Part shown: one piece after another, positions 43,516-53,729 of the stretch
Position numbering within the stretch: the stretch's first letter is position 1
Layout of the letters: the number at the start of each line of letters is the position of its first letter
Sequence record: MK295204
Source of the DNA: Shigella phage vB_SdyM_006
DNA: 64,000 nucleotides
Strand: one strand, 5' to 3'
The notes under the pieces: model-generated
The model's database searches: none
Told to the model about the DNA's origin: nothing
The model's input: only the letters and a program-made list of their open reading frames with translations
Position numbers and translations under genes: made by a program

Positions 43516-45756
43516 TTATAACTTACAGCTTTCGCAATCTGACTGTCCTTGATCTTCATCTTGATTATTACCATCATTAGTATTATGATAATACATAGTT
43601 TTTCCACCTAATGACCAGAAGTATAACATATCATCCATGATTACGCTCATTGGTACCTTAGATTTTTCATAAATACTTGGAGTGTAATAAGTATTAACAG
43701 AAATACTTTGGTCTACAAACTTCTGCATAATAGCAGCTTGAGTTAAATAACCTTTCATTCCGCGTTTACTTAGGTCCCAGGCATAATCATAAAGATCTTC
43801 ATTAAACTCAATATTAGGAACAACTTGATTAAACGACCCGTCTTTAGAAGCTTTAGCTGTTACAGATTTTCTTGGTGGTTCAATACCATTTGTGCTATTA
43901 GAAACTTGAGAAGACGATTCACACGGCATTAATGCAGATAAAGTACTGTTTCTGATACCATATTTCTTAAGGTCTTTTCTTAAAGATTCCCAATCACAAA
44001 CATATTCCGGTTTAACAATTTTATCTAAATTTTTATTATACCAATCAATAGGTAATAAGCCTTGAGAATACTTAGTTTCGTGATAAAGTTCGCATGGACC
44101 TTTTTCTTTAGCTAAATCAACAGAAGCTCTGATTAATGCATATTGTAGTCGTTCAAATAACTCATGAGTAAACTGTTGTGCATTATCATAATTTAAGAAC
44201 TGAGAAGCTAACGCCGCTGCATAGTTAGTTACACCCATTCCTAATGCTCTACGTTTTTTAGCAATTAAAGCTTTTTCAACAGGATAATCTTGATAATCTA
44301 ATAAAGCATCTAATGCTCGGACACCGACACGTGCAATTTTATTAATTTGTTCTTGGTCTTGATAATCAAAAGAATCTAGAACAAATGCACTTAATGTACA
44401 TAAAGCTATTTCGCCATCAGGTTTGCCTACATCACTTGTTGGCAATGTAATTTCAGCACATAAATTACTTAATCTGATAGGTGATGTTCTTCTGATAAAA
44501 GAACCTTGTCTATTAACATTATCGACAAAGAACGGATAAATTCTTGCAGTGTTAGCTCGTTCAGTTAATAGAATAGAAAATACTTCTGAAGCCTTAATTC
44601 GTTTTTTACGAATATTAGGGTCTTTTTCTGCTGCTTCATATAAATTACGGAATTTCTCTTCATCAGAAAAATATGAATCATACATTCCTTGGACTTCATG
44701 TGGGCTGAACAGAGTAATATAATCGTTATTAATTAAACGTTCAATCATAAGGTTATTAATTTGAATTCCATAGTCAAGATGTCGAATACGGTTTTCTTCA
44801 ATGCCTTTATTATTTTTTAGAACAAGCAATTTTTCTAATTCAAGATGCCAAATTGGATAATATAATGTAGCAGACCCACCACGAATACCACCTTGAGAAC
44901 AACTTTTTACAGAAGCCAAATGAGTTTTCCAGAAAGGAATAACGCCAGTGTGTCTTACTTCGCCTGAACCAATTTTAGAACCTTCAGCACGATACATACC
45001 AGCATTAATGCCAATCCCAGCTCGTTTAGAAATATATTTGATAATTGAACGGTTTGTTTCATTAATAGAATCTAATGAGTCACCACTATCAATAACAACA
45101 CAAGAGCTAAATTGACGAGTAGGTGTTCGTACACCAGCTAAAATAGGTGTAGGTAATGATAATTGTTTATCCGAGACTACGTCATAGAATTCAATGACCT
45201 GGTTTAATCGATTATTAGTTTCTTCTTGGAATAAGCACATCCCAATTAGCATAAATGCATATTGAGGAGTCTCGTAAATAATTCCAGTCGAACGGTCTTT
45301 AACTAAGTATTTACTTATTAATTGCATTGTCCCTGCATAAGTAAATTTAAAATCTTTATCATGATTGATATGATTTTCTAATTCTTCAATTTCTTGTGCT
45401 GTATATTTACTTAAAATCTCAGAATCATATAATCCCAGGTTTACATTACGAGAAATTAATTCAATAAATGGAATAGGATTAGATTGTCCATATACTTTTT
45501 TACGTAATGCAATATGCTCTAAATTAGAAGCCACATACTGATAATCTGGGGTTTCTTTTGAAATATTAGAAGCAGCAACTTTAATAATTGTTCGTTGAAT
45601 CTGCTCTGTGGTCATATTATCTGTAAACATTGGTCTAGAGATTTCCATTACTTCATATGGGTCCACTGATGTATTTCTGCATGCAATCTCTAGTACATTA
45701 ATAATTTTAGATTCGTCAAAATCTTGAGTTACACCTGATGATTTAATTACTTTCAT
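43516..45756 (-). CDS. nrdA: ribonucleotide reductase large subunit (class Ia)
   Basis: 746 aa; catalytic blocks NLCAEI, SNLC, C-terminal CESCKL redox pair; 10-bp-stem terminator directly after stop. Confidence 0.95.
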   Translation of the reverse strand: MKVIKSSGVTQDFDESKIINVLEIACRNTSVDPYEVMEISRPMFTDNMTTEQIQRTIIKVAASNISKETPDYQYVASNLEHIALRKKVYGQSNPIPFIELISRNVNLGLYDSEILSKYTAQEIEELENHINHDKDFKFTYAGTMQLISKYLVKDRSTGIIYETPQYAFMLIGMCLFQEETNNRLNQVIEFYDVVSDKQLSLPTPILAGVRTPTRQFSSCVVIDSGDSLDSINETNRSIIKYISKRAGIGINAGMYRAEGSKIGSGEVRHTGVIPFWKTHLASVKSCSQGGIRGGSATLYYPIWHLELEKLLVLKNNKGIEENRIRHLDYGIQINNLMIERLINNDYITLFSPHEVQGMYDSYFSDEEKFRNLYEAAEKDPNIRKKRIKASEVFSILLTERANTARIYPFFVDNVNRQGSFIRRTSPIRLSNLCAEITLPTSDVGKPDGEIALCTLSAFVLDSFDYQDQEQINKIARVGVRALDALLDYQDYPVEKALIAKKRRALGMGVTNYAAALASQFLNYDNAQQFTHELFERLQYALIRASVDLAKEKGPCELYHETKYSQGLLPIDWYNKNLDKIVKPEYVCDWESLRKDLKKYGIRNSTLSALMPCESSSQVSNSTNGIEPPRKSVTAKASKDGSFNQVVPNIEFNEDLYDYAWDLSKRGMKGYLTQAAIMQKFVDQSISVNTYYTPSIYEKSKVPMSVIMDDMLYFWSLGGKTMYYHNTNDGNNQDEDQGQSDCESCKL

Positions 45757-45767
45757 TTTATTCCTTT

Positions 45768-46379
45768 CTAGATATAATATTGATCTATTTTTCTAATATG
45801 GCTTTTAATAAACGAACTTAATATGGATGACAATTTTATAGAATTTTCTACATTGTAACACCCCATAATCTTTTTATCACAAGATGCTAAAGAAAACATA
45901 TAAACAGGTTCTTTGTTTTCATCATTTAAATAATTAACAATAGATACAGCAGAAGAAAAATGGTTATTGTTTTTATCATCTGTTAAAAAATCTTTGATAC
46001 ATATTTCTGTCTTAGATTCTGCATGGTATTTCCAACTATCTAGATATTTCACAAGTTTATTAAGCTTAGTTTTATAATGGGATAAAATTTTATCTGCACA
46101 TATTTTATTAGGGGTTTTACCGTATGAATAAAAACTTGGTGTGTGTAAAATAATATGTCTAGTCCCGAAATTAAATCCTATAGATGCCACTAAATTTATA
46201 GGTCTATTTTTATTTCTTATCTTTTTGTATTCTAAAGAAACAGATTCTGATAAAACAATCCATTCGGATTCGTTAATTTCATAAAAAGCATTATTTGATA
46301 TTTCTGTGGAAATATCAGTTTTATTAATATACATAAAAGTCTCACAAATATATTTTATCATTAAACAGTTTATTAACAA
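45768..46379 (-). CDS. hypothetical protein
   Basis: 203 aa ORF between nrdA and td; no nuclease motifs recognised. Confidence 0.5.
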   Translation of the reverse strand: MLINCLMIKYICETFMYINKTDISTEISNNAFYEINESEWIVLSESVSLEYKKIRNKNRPINLVASIGFNFGTRHIILHTPSFYSYGKTPNKICADKILSHYKTKLNKLVKYLDSWKYHAESKTEICIKDFLTDDKNNNHFSSAVSIVNYLNDENKEPVYMFSLASCDKKIMGCYNVENSIKLSSILSSFIKSHIRKIDQYYI

Positions 46380-46626
46380 CTTCGGCTATTATATCACCAT
46401 GGCATGGCTTAGGATAACATGTGCAACCAAGTCTAGAGCCTCTTAAAACTTCAAGATGATGTTTATTTATTTCGCCAGTTTTTATTTTATTAAGAAAATA
46501 TGGGATAAACCTTTTGATGTTTTCTTCTCTAGTTCCATCTTTAAAAGGATTACCCCACATTGTCCCTCTTTGAATATTAATATCAAAGTCAGAGTTATAT
46601 TTATTAACGACTCTACAATGTTTCAT
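46342..46626 (-). CDS. small Cys/His protein, possibly DUF4326-like
   Basis: 94 aa; motifs WGNPF and LGCTCYPKPCHGD; family assignment from memory, not verified. Confidence 0.45.
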   Translation of the reverse strand: MKHCRVVNKYNSDFDINIQRGTMWGNPFKDGTREENIKRFIPYFLNKIKTGEINKHHLEVLRGSRLGCTCYPKPCHGDIIAEVVNKLFNDKIYL

Positions 46627-46787
46627 TAACTATACATTAAAGGAAGAATTACAACAAACAATAATAGCATAATTAATAATAATTCCATTATATCTCCTTA
46701 AACCAAGGTTGGGTTTCTTCATACAAAAATCCGGCCATTAAACAAATAACAGGAAACCAAATAATAAAAGCTATTAAATATTCCATG

Positions 46788-47135
46788 TTAGTCCTTTGGC
46801 TTCATGAATTCTAATAAAGCTTCTTTAAGTTCGCTAATATTAAGCCAGGCATTAAATTCTGATTTATATTCTCTAAAGTCTATAATATATTCTAAAGGAA
46901 CAATAGAACCCAATTTTAGTTCATGTGTATAATCAAACAGTAACGTTGAACCAGAATAACAACTAATTTTTAAATTTTCGTATTCGTTATAATTAAATTC
47001 AATTGTCTTATCAAATGGGTCTACATCATACAATAATTCGCATTTATACAATTCGGAACAAAGGGATTCTACAGAATCCCAAATTCCTAAAGTGTGCTCA
47101 TAATCATCATAGACCGCTTGGACTAAAAAATTCAT
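46788..47135 (-). CDS. hypothetical protein
   Basis: 115 aa ORF. Confidence 0.45.
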   Translation of the reverse strand: MNFLVQAVYDDYEHTLGIWDSVESLCSELYKCELLYDVDPFDKTIEFNYNEYENLKISCYSGSTLLFDYTHELKLGSIVPLEYIIDFREYKSEFNAWLNISELKEALLEFMKPKD

Positions 47136-47143
47136 AATATTTC

Positions 47144-47995
47144 CTATACACTGAAAGGGTATTTAATAGCAGGGTGATATTGATAATCTTGTACTTCAAA
47201 ATCATCTACAGTGACCCAGGTTTCAATATCTTCTAATGATCTGATATTATCATTAATAATAAGTTTAGGTGCATTAAACGGCGTCCTAGACACATGCTCT
47301 GGGACTAAAGATAATTGGTCTTCATAGATATGGGCATTTGTTATCTTATGAAACACTTTACCAGGTTTATTTGCTGTAATCTGGGCCATTAAATGTAAAA
47401 GCACATAACACTGAATCATATTAAAATTTAAACCTAATGGGACATCACATGATCTTTGGTATGAAGTTAAATATAAAGTCCCATTAACGAGAGAAAAATT
47501 ATGGGTATGCATACAAGGACGTAAACAACCTAAGTCAAATTCTCCTGGATTCCAGAACGTTAGGATTTCTCCACGATCATCAGTTCCTTCACTTAAATTA
47601 TCATAGATTTTTCTGAGTTGGTCAATAGTGCTATTAGGTCCTTGCCATTGTCGTCCTTGAACACCATAAACACGGCCCATATCGTCTTCACCTTTGCGAT
47701 GAGGGTTATTTAGCCATGCTTGATTTTCATTAGCGTTTGCATTCCATGTATTACAACCAATTTCACGAAATTGCGCTGCATTGTCGTAACCACGAAGATA
47801 TCCTAACAGTTCAGCAATAGCAGCTTTATAAAAGCTTTTACGAGTTGTATCAATTGGGAATTCAGAATATTCTAGGTCGGCATTAATAATAACACGACAA
47901 AATTTTCCAGTTCGTTTATTATATACGTCTTGGCCTTCATTATAAATCTTTTTTAATAATTGTTGATACTGATTCTTTTCTAAGATCTTTTCCAT
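47144..47995 (-). CDS. td: thymidylate synthase, uninterrupted
   Basis: 283 aa; active-site region [11 protein letters not shown] and C-terminal [10 protein letters not shown]; single contiguous ORF. Confidence 0.95.
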   Translation of the reverse strand: MEKILEKNQYQQLLKKIYNEGQDVYNKRTGKFCRVIINADLEYSEFPIDTTRKSFYKAAIAELLGYLRGYDNAAQFREIGCNTWNANANENQAWLNNPHRKGEDDMGRVYGVQGRQWQGPNSTIDQLRKIYDNLSEGTDDRGEILTFWNPGEFDLGCLRPCMHTHNFSLVNGTLYLTSYQRSCDVPLGLNFNMIQCYVLLHLMAQITANKPGKVFHKITNAHIYEDQLSLVPEHVSRTPFNAPKLIINDNIRSLEDIETWVTVDDFEVQDYQYHPAIKYPFSV

Positions 47996-48285
47996 TTATT
48001 ATCACTCACGTACACCAATTGTTTAAAAGATAGTTTAAGCTGTTCTATAGATACTTTAGAATCCGCTGTAACGAATTCTAATTCACCCATTCCTAGCATT
48101 TTACCATCAACCCAAAGTTCAATACATGTCATGTCCCACCAATTTTTTCTAGAATTCAAGAAATCTCTAACTTGTTCTAAGTTAGAGAAAACTCCTGCGT
48201 TTCTAGAGGATTCACACATATTATGGTCAACAACAATAAGTATCTTCGACATTTTTATCCACCAAAACAAAATAAATTTGCTCAC
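47980..48285 (-). CDS. hypothetical protein
   Basis: 101 aa ORF overlapping td start by 16 nt. Confidence 0.4.
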   Translation of the reverse strand: MSKFILFWWIKMSKILIVVDHNMCESSRNAGVFSNLEQVRDFLNSRKNWWDMTCIELWVDGKMLGMGELEFVTADSKVSIEQLKLSFKQLVYVSDNKWKRS

Positions 48286-48634
48286 CTTGTTTAATAAAAT
48301 ATCCGTAGATTTTTACTTCAGTATCTTTAACTTTAACATACCCTTCAGAAACGGCTTTTGTTATGTCAAATAGTGTAGTACGAATATAAACCAAGCCATC
48401 TTTAGTTCTAATAGATGTACATGATGAATTTATATTTGAGCCAAGTTCTTTTATATCACAAGAAATCTCATAAATACCATGGTGTAATTCTCGTTCTTGA
48501 CAATTTCTATAATTAGATTTAAAAGTTTTTAAAGAAATAGAATCTAAAAAGAATGTTCTTGAAGGAGGCGCTTTAACTAATTTCCATGAGCACATTGGTT
48601 GTACAAACTTTTTATACAATTTAATTTCAGCCAT
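48227..48634 (-). CDS. hypothetical protein, tandem paralogue A
   Basis: 135 aa; shares W-x-LV-x-AP, FF-x-D, HG(I/V)YE and SEG motifs with 48627..49028. Confidence 0.45.
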   Translation of the reverse strand: MAEIKLYKKFVQPMCSWKLVKAPPSRTFFLDSISLKTFKSNYRNCQERELHHGIYEISCDIKELGSNINSSCTSIRTKDGLVYIRTTLFDITKAVSEGYVKVKDTEVKIYGYFIKQGEQIYFVLVDKNVEDTYCC

Positions 48635-49028
48635 TATTCAAGTCCTCATTTATTAAAGGATAAAGACAAATAATACGGCCATTTTTTCTAAAGATACCTT
48701 TAACTGTAATTAAGTTATTTTCAATTTTAGTATGTCCTTCAGAAATAGATTTAAAAAGACGACATAAACATGTGTCCATTTTAACAGCTCGTTTATCTGT
48801 GATATCTGAATTTGTCAAATATAAATCGTGTCCATTACCGCCATATTCTCTATCAATTTTATAATTTTTTAATTCGTAGACACCATGCGGCATAACATCA
48901 ACATGTTCTTTTCGTATTAAAGATTTATACCCATCGATAGTAAGGTCTTTAAAGAATAAGAAATGTTCTTTAGGTGCTTCTACAAGAACCCAATTATTTT
49001 GTTCTTCAAATCTGTGAATTAGTTGCAT
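48627..49028 (-). CDS. hypothetical protein, tandem paralogue B
   Basis: 133 aa; paralogue of 48227..48634. Confidence 0.45.
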   Translation of the reverse strand: MQLIHRFEEQNNWVLVEAPKEHFLFFKDLTIDGYKSLIRKEHVDVMPHGVYELKNYKIDREYGGNGHDLYLTNSDITDKRAVKMDTCLCRLFKSISEGHTKIENNLITVKGIFRKNGRIICLYPLINEDLNNG

Positions 49029-49648
49029 ACTCGTTCCAGTATAGTTTCTTCGATATAATTTTTAATATCGATATCGTTAAAATAATCAGTAACATATAAA
49101 TGAGATTCTACTAACTTAAATTTAGCGTATCCACTCAAATATTGCCCAATAGATTTATCTAAAAATGTATCTGCAGGATTTGTATCTGCATGTAAAACAG
49201 AAGTCCAAATAATCCTATCACAAAATTCAAATGAAGCTTCGATTAAACGTTTACCACCTATAATAGAAACTAAGTTCTTAGGGTTCTTGTTGTTAAATGT
49301 TGGAGCAACTTCGGCTTCTTTACAGATTTGTTCTAATTCATAAGGACCCCATGGTCCTACTATTTCTTTATCAGCAGGTTTTCCGTCTAATGAAAGTAGT
49401 TCACCTCTAGGGTCATCAACAAGAACAATAGAAATTCGGTCTTTCAATTTAGGCATAGACATAAATGTTTTAGGGCCCATGATAACATACGAATCAATTT
49501 GAGACGTAACAGGAACCATTCTAGGAGCTATAGTTCTTGATCTGAAGTTATCCATATCTTTTTTAATACGTGGCCAAGGAAGGGTTCCTTTGAATCCTAT
49601 TCCGTATCCTTTCTGGTCGTATTGAGTTGCAAAAACGGTCTGAATCAT
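49019..49648 (-). CDS. frd: dihydrofolate reductase
   Basis: 209 aa; DHFR N-terminal signature GTLPWPRIKKDMDNFRSRT and glycine pair IIGGKRL; position upstream of td. Confidence 0.8.
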   Translation of the reverse strand: MIQTVFATQYDQKGYGIGFKGTLPWPRIKKDMDNFRSRTIAPRMVPVTSQIDSYVIMGPKTFMSMPKLKDRISIVLVDDPRGELLSLDGKPADKEIVGPWGPYELEQICKEAEVAPTFNNKNPKNLVSIIGGKRLIEASFEFCDRIIWTSVLHADTNPADTFLDKSIGQYLSGYAKFKLVESHLYVTDYFNDIDIKNYIEETILERVCN

Positions 49649-49682
49649 AGAATCTCCAAAGGGACTTTCGTCCTTTAATTTA

Positions 49683-50033
49683 TTAAGCTAGCCAAAAATC
49701 TTTATTCGTACCAAAAATATTAATTGTGACCTTATCAGCAGTCTCATCATATTTTTTATTAACTAAAACTAGGTCATCAATCTTGTGACATACACGAAGT
49801 TTCTTATAAAAATAATTTAATATTTCATAAAGTTCTTTTGTTTCTTCACGCGGTTCGTTAGACATACAATAACAACGAATAGCAGATAAATCATATCCAA
49901 ATTCTTCTGGGCCCATAAGTTTTGCATTAATTTCTGCAGGGTCAACATCTTTATAACAACACATAGGGTAGACAGTCCCATCCATGTCACGAAATTTGAA
50001 GCCGTAATCTGCCAGTGTTTTTAAAGTTTTCAT
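49683..50033 (-). CDS. hypothetical protein
   Basis: 116 aa ORF. Confidence 0.45.
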   Translation of the reverse strand: MKTLKTLADYGFKFRDMDGTVYPMCCYKDVDPAEINAKLMGPEEFGYDLSAIRCYCMSNEPREETKELYEILNYFYKKLRVCHKIDDLVLVNKKYDETADKVTINIFGTNKDFWLA

Positions 50034-50040
50034 ATTGTTC

Positions 50041-50544
50041 TCACATTTTTACCAAAGTTTCTTTTAAAAATTCATATGCACTGATGAAGTCTTTTTCTTC
50101 AGTATATCCAAGTTCAGGTATTTCAATAGAAGGGTCTTTAAATCTAGCTTCAAGAGTTTTTATCATTTTCTTGACACCTTTTTTATCTAAAAATACCGCT
50201 TTACCTGGTGTATATAAATTCGCAGAATACACTTTATGCTTAGTGGGCCCATCTACAATCTTACCTTCATCTAAAGGTTCTAAAAACTGTATTGTAAATT
50301 GAGTAAACAAATAAGGTGTAATAACCCATGGAACAAATACACCATCAACACAGAGTCGATAACAAGATTGATTAATTCGTTTAAGCCCAAATTCAACATC
50401 CCATTTACTAAAATCATTATTTGTAATATAATTAGCAATTTGAGTATTTTGAACTCCATTTTTAGCATTAATGAATTTATTAAAATCTTCTTTAGATTTA
50501 AATTTGTACCGACATACGTTTTTAAGGTTTTTAGGCTGTTTCAT
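50041..50544 (-). CDS. hypothetical early protein
   Basis: 167 aa; preceded by GTTTAC-N17-TATTAT early promoter and SD GAGG. Confidence 0.5.
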   Translation of the reverse strand: MKQPKNLKNVCRYKFKSKEDFNKFINAKNGVQNTQIANYITNNDFSKWDVEFGLKRINQSCYRLCVDGVFVPWVITPYLFTQFTIQFLEPLDEGKIVDGPTKHKVYSANLYTPGKAVFLDKKGVKKMIKTLEARFKDPSIEIPELGYTEEKDFISAYEFLKETLVKM

Positions 50545-50572
50545 AATCTACCTCATTTGTTTTGATGTGTCC

Positions 50573-50601
50573 ATAATATCACGCTAAAAATCTTTGTAAA
50601 C
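50573..50601 (-). promoter_or_regulatory. early promoter (AAATAAATGTTTAC-N17-TATTAT)
   Basis: Minus-strand GTTTAC (plus 50596-50601), 17-nt spacer, TATTAT (plus 50573-50578); follows the gene 32 terminator. Confidence 0.55.
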
Positions 50602-50620
50602 ATTTATTTTCTATAAAACC

Positions 50621-50643
50621 AAAAAAGGAACCCGAAGGTTCCT
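50621..50643 (-). terminator. terminator after gene 32 (AGGAACC-CGAA-GGTTCCT)
   Basis: Hairpin then T-run on minus strand, directly followed by an early promoter. Confidence 0.65.
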
Positions 50644-50655
50644 TTTATTAAGAAA

Positions 50656-51552
50656 TTAGATGAGTTCGTTTAAAATATCATCAACTGACTGGTCAGTCAT
50701 TGAGCTTTCACCCAAATCAACTGGTTCGTTAAATGAAGACATTTGACTAGAAAAATCATCTTGAGCAGATAAATTATCTAATTCGGCATCAATATCAGCA
50801 GAAGCATTTGATGCAGAACCTGCAACCATTCCAACACCCATAACTTGTTTAAACTTAGTTTCTAACTCAGCATAAGGTTTAAACTGGTCTTTAGCAACGA
50901 TAGCTTGTAAATCTACACATTGATCAATAATTGATTTTTGAACAGCTTCATCATCAATATTAGGAATTTCTGATTGTGCATAGAACTTACAGTCATCATA
51001 ATTAGGGAAATTACTTACTTTTTTAACTTTAAGAGCAAAGTTAGCACCTTCAAAAGGACAGAAAATATTTACTGGTGTCTCACCCATTTCGATATCAACG
51101 TTTGCCATAGAATCAATCTTATCCATGATTTTTTGACCGAAACGATATTTAAATACTTTACCTTCATTTTCAGGAGCACTTGGGTCTTTAACAACTAAAA
51201 TATTAGCCCAATAAGAATGTTTACGTTTAATCAGTTTATATTCTTCTGGATTAGTATTGTATGAGTCTTTTTCTGTTAAATATTTACACACTGGGCATGA
51301 ATCATAATCGCCGTGTGTAGAACTACAATTATTGATATACCATTTACCATTTTTCTTAAAACCATGATTTGTTAGTTTAACAAATGGAGTAGCATTATCA
51401 TCTTTAGCTGGTAAAAAACGAATTACTGCGTTACCATTACCTGCGGCATCAGTTTTTAATTTCCATTCGTTTTTATCTTCGTTTTGAAAACCACCACCTT
51501 TTAAGCCAGCTAATTGTTCTTGAAGTTCTGTTACTGATTTACGTTTAAACAT
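50656..51552 (-). CDS. 32: single-stranded DNA-binding protein
   Basis: 298 aa vs 301 in T4; zinc ligands in [15 protein letters not shown], acidic C-terminal tail. Confidence 0.93.
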   Translation of the reverse strand: MFKRKSVTELQEQLAGLKGGGFQNEDKNEWKLKTDAAGNGNAVIRFLPAKDDNATPFVKLTNHGFKKNGKWYINNCSSTHGDYDSCPVCKYLTEKDSYNTNPEEYKLIKRKHSYWANILVVKDPSAPENEGKVFKYRFGQKIMDKIDSMANVDIEMGETPVNIFCPFEGANFALKVKKVSNFPNYDDCKFYAQSEIPNIDDEAVQKSIIDQCVDLQAIVAKDQFKPYAELETKFKQVMGVGMVAGSASNASADIDAELDNLSAQDDFSSQMSSFNEPVDLGESSMTDQSVDDILNELI

Positions 51553-51593
51553 ACTTTTACCTTTATATTATTTACAGTTTTACTTTATTTACT

Positions 51594-52247
51594 TTAATAT
51601 TTACATGCATTGATTGTTTCAACAAAAACTTTCTTTGCCGTTTCACTATCTATTTCTAGAAGTTTTTTATATGAACTTAATTTAGTTGAATATGTAGACC
51701 AAACTAAGTCAGTCGAACATTGGTCATGTTTATTTATAATACCTAAAAACGAATCAAGTAAAATAAAAGTTTCATAACCAATGATATTAGATTGGAGAAG
51801 TTTGAATATATAAGATGTTTGTGTTTTAGTATTATATTCAAATATATCTTTAAGCGAACTTACATTTATCTTTTTAGAGAAGTAATAAATGTTTTTAAGG
51901 TCTTCTTTATAAACATCAGAAAGACCTTGTAATTTACCAATATATTCTCTATAAAATACCAAGGCGTCGGCGTCGGATATTTCACCTATCCAAGCATCTT
52001 GGTTAGCTACTAAATTAGAAATAAAAATATAAACAAGTTCATTAAGTTTATATTTATCAGAAAGTTTTTCAAAAAAATATTTATCACGACGTTTATTATA
52101 AGCCGCATCCGATATACGCATTGTCCAGTTATACTTAATTACATCGTATTTACCGTTCATATGATTTTTTAACATCAAATATAATTGGTACACACTTTTA
52201 CCGGTAATATATCTATTTGAATTATGTGGAATACGGACTTTAATCAT
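51594..52247 (-). CDS. 59: helicase loader
   Basis: 217 aa, same length as T4 gp59; long identity runs (GKSVYQLYLM-K-HMNGKYDVIKYNW, FISNLVANQDAWIG-ISDADALVFYREYIG, FKLLQSNII). Confidence 0.95.
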   Translation of the reverse strand: MIKVRIPHNSNRYITGKSVYQLYLMLKNHMNGKYDVIKYNWTMRISDAAYNKRRDKYFFEKLSDKYKLNELVYIFISNLVANQDAWIGEISDADALVFYREYIGKLQGLSDVYKEDLKNIYYFSKKINVSSLKDIFEYNTKTQTSYIFKLLQSNIIGYETFILLDSFLGIINKHDQCSTDLVWSTYSTKLSSYKKLLEIDSETAKKVFVETINACKY

Positions 52248-52251
52248 AATA

Positions 52252-52521
52252 TTAAAATAAGAAATCTAATGTATTCATTGTAAAAGATTTACGAACAGAT
52301 GGACGAAGCTCGTTGTTTTCTAAAGCTTCTTTAGTAATTTTATCAACTATAGCACCTGGTAAATACTTATTACATAAATTGTATGGAATAGAATTTTCTT
52401 CTAACCAATTTGTAGAAGCTTCTAAATAAGAAGCTCCTTCTTTAACTTTTTGTTCAATTAAAGCTCCAACTAATGTTGGGTCTTCTATATCAATATTATT
52501 GGTTTGGGAACAAAGAGTCAT
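52252..52521 (-). CDS. 33: late transcription accessory protein (gp33 position)
   Basis: 89 aa; position between gene 59 and dsbA as in T4; positional call. Confidence 0.5.
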   Translation of the reverse strand: MTLCSQTNNIDIEDPTLVGALIEQKVKEGASYLEASTNWLEENSIPYNLCNKYLPGAIVDKITKEALENNELRPSVRKSFTMNTLDFLF

Positions 52522-52765
52522 ATAAATCTAATGCCTCGTCAGTTTCTGCTTCGAATCGTTCACGAGTTTGTTTATGGTAAATTGCAAATACACGATTCCA
52601 CATTTTAGAATCAACACCTAATTCGTCTTTGGCTTGGTTTTTAATGTCTTTAATTTTTTCGGCGTATCCTTCCATAATAGTTTTTTGGTCAGATGCATCT
52701 TTAATCATTGCTGCTAATTTTTCACCATGGACTGCTTCATCAAATTCAATTTTTTCTTTAGACAT
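52496..52765 (-). CDS. dsbA: dsDNA-binding protein (DsbA position)
   Basis: 89 aa, same length as T4 DsbA; positional call. Confidence 0.5.
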   Translation of the reverse strand: MSKEKIEFDEAVHGEKLAAMIKDASDQKTIMEGYAEKIKDIKNQAKDELGVDSKMWNRVFAIYHKQTRERFEAETDEALDLYDSLFPNQ

Positions 52766-52773
52766 AATTACCT

Positions 52774-53691
52774 CTAAAACATGTTAATATCTTTAGTTAA
52801 TTTAACTAAACCGGATTTTATAAAATATGGATAAATTTTACTTCTTCCAGGAACTTTAAAATTATCAAACTCATCAATAATTTTTGTTTTAATATCTTCT
52901 GGAATACAAGTCATATCTATCATAATCTTGTTTTCATTAAAGCGTTTAAGTTCTTCTTCAGAAAGATGTTTTTCTGGACCATCGTCTAAACAATCTTGAA
53001 TTAACTTAGACGAAATACTTGGTGCACGTTCACCTTCTAAACGAGTAAACCAGTAGTCTGAACGGCATTTTACACCAGCTACAGCATCTTTTCTATCACC
53101 TTTAAGAAGTTTAGTCATTAAAAACTCTGGGATAGGTTCTTTTGATTTAACCATCTTTTTAAGTTGTGGTGCCCATTGTTCAACATTATTATGTATATGC
53201 AATTGTTTATAGTCACCATCTGAAGAAATAATCATTATTTTTCTGTCTAAACATTCTCTAAGAGTAAGAACGCCGATAATATCATCAGCTTCAACTCGTG
53301 GAATGTCAATAGAATAATAAGGCATATTATCTTTAAATTCGGCTTTAATTATTTCCATTGCTGAAAAATAACCTTCCCAATCAAAAGAAGTATTATCTTC
53401 ACGGGCGGCTGCACGTGTTTTCTTGTAATAATACCCGTAGTCTCGACGCCAATAGCCGTTATTAGCATTATCAAAAGCTAGCACTGTAATTGGATATTTG
53501 TCATTAAATTTTTTAAGATTGTACCTGATACTGTTTAAGATAATATGGCGTAACATCCCGATTTTAATAGGAACATTTTGGAATTCTTGTAAGGCTGAAG
53601 CTAATGCAATTTGAGACATATCAAAAAACTTAATTCCAGGTTTTTCGTCTTCTTCGTCTTCAAAAAATGCGCTTAAATTAACTTGATTCAT
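52774..53691 (-). CDS. rnh: RNase H (5'-3' exonuclease, FEN family)
   Basis: Blocks FDMSQIAL, HLILNS, GYWRRD-xYYYKK-R, WDWEGYF, ISSDGD-KQLH, SDYWFTRLEGER match T4 RNase H; start set at internal ATG 53691 (MNQ...). Confidence 0.9.
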   Translation of the reverse strand: MNQVNLSAFFEDEEDEKPGIKFFDMSQIALASALQEFQNVPIKIGMLRHIILNSIRYNLKKFNDKYPITVLAFDNANNGYWRRDYGYYYKKTRAAAREDNTSFDWEGYFSAMEIIKAEFKDNMPYYSIDIPRVEADDIIGVLTLRECLDRKIMIISSDGDYKQLHIHNNVEQWAPQLKKMVKSKEPIPEFLMTKLLKGDRKDAVAGVKCRSDYWFTRLEGERAPSISSKLIQDCLDDGPEKHLSEEELKRFNENKIMIDMTCIPEDIKTKIIDEFDNFKVPGRSKIYPYFIKSGLVKLTKDINMF

Positions 53692-53729
53692 AAATCCTCT
53701 AATAAATATAGTAAAGAAAGGAGCCATAT

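Noticed and set aside
43377-43607. Minus-strand 76-aa ORF between nrdA and nrdB
   Set aside because: Overlaps the nrdA 3' end by at least 44 nt and spans the strong nrdA terminator hairpin; unlikely to be translated as drawn.
45768-46379. Homing endonuclease between nrdA and td
   Set aside because: Position is suggestive, but the 203-aa protein shows no GIY-YIG, HNH or LAGLIDADG motif.
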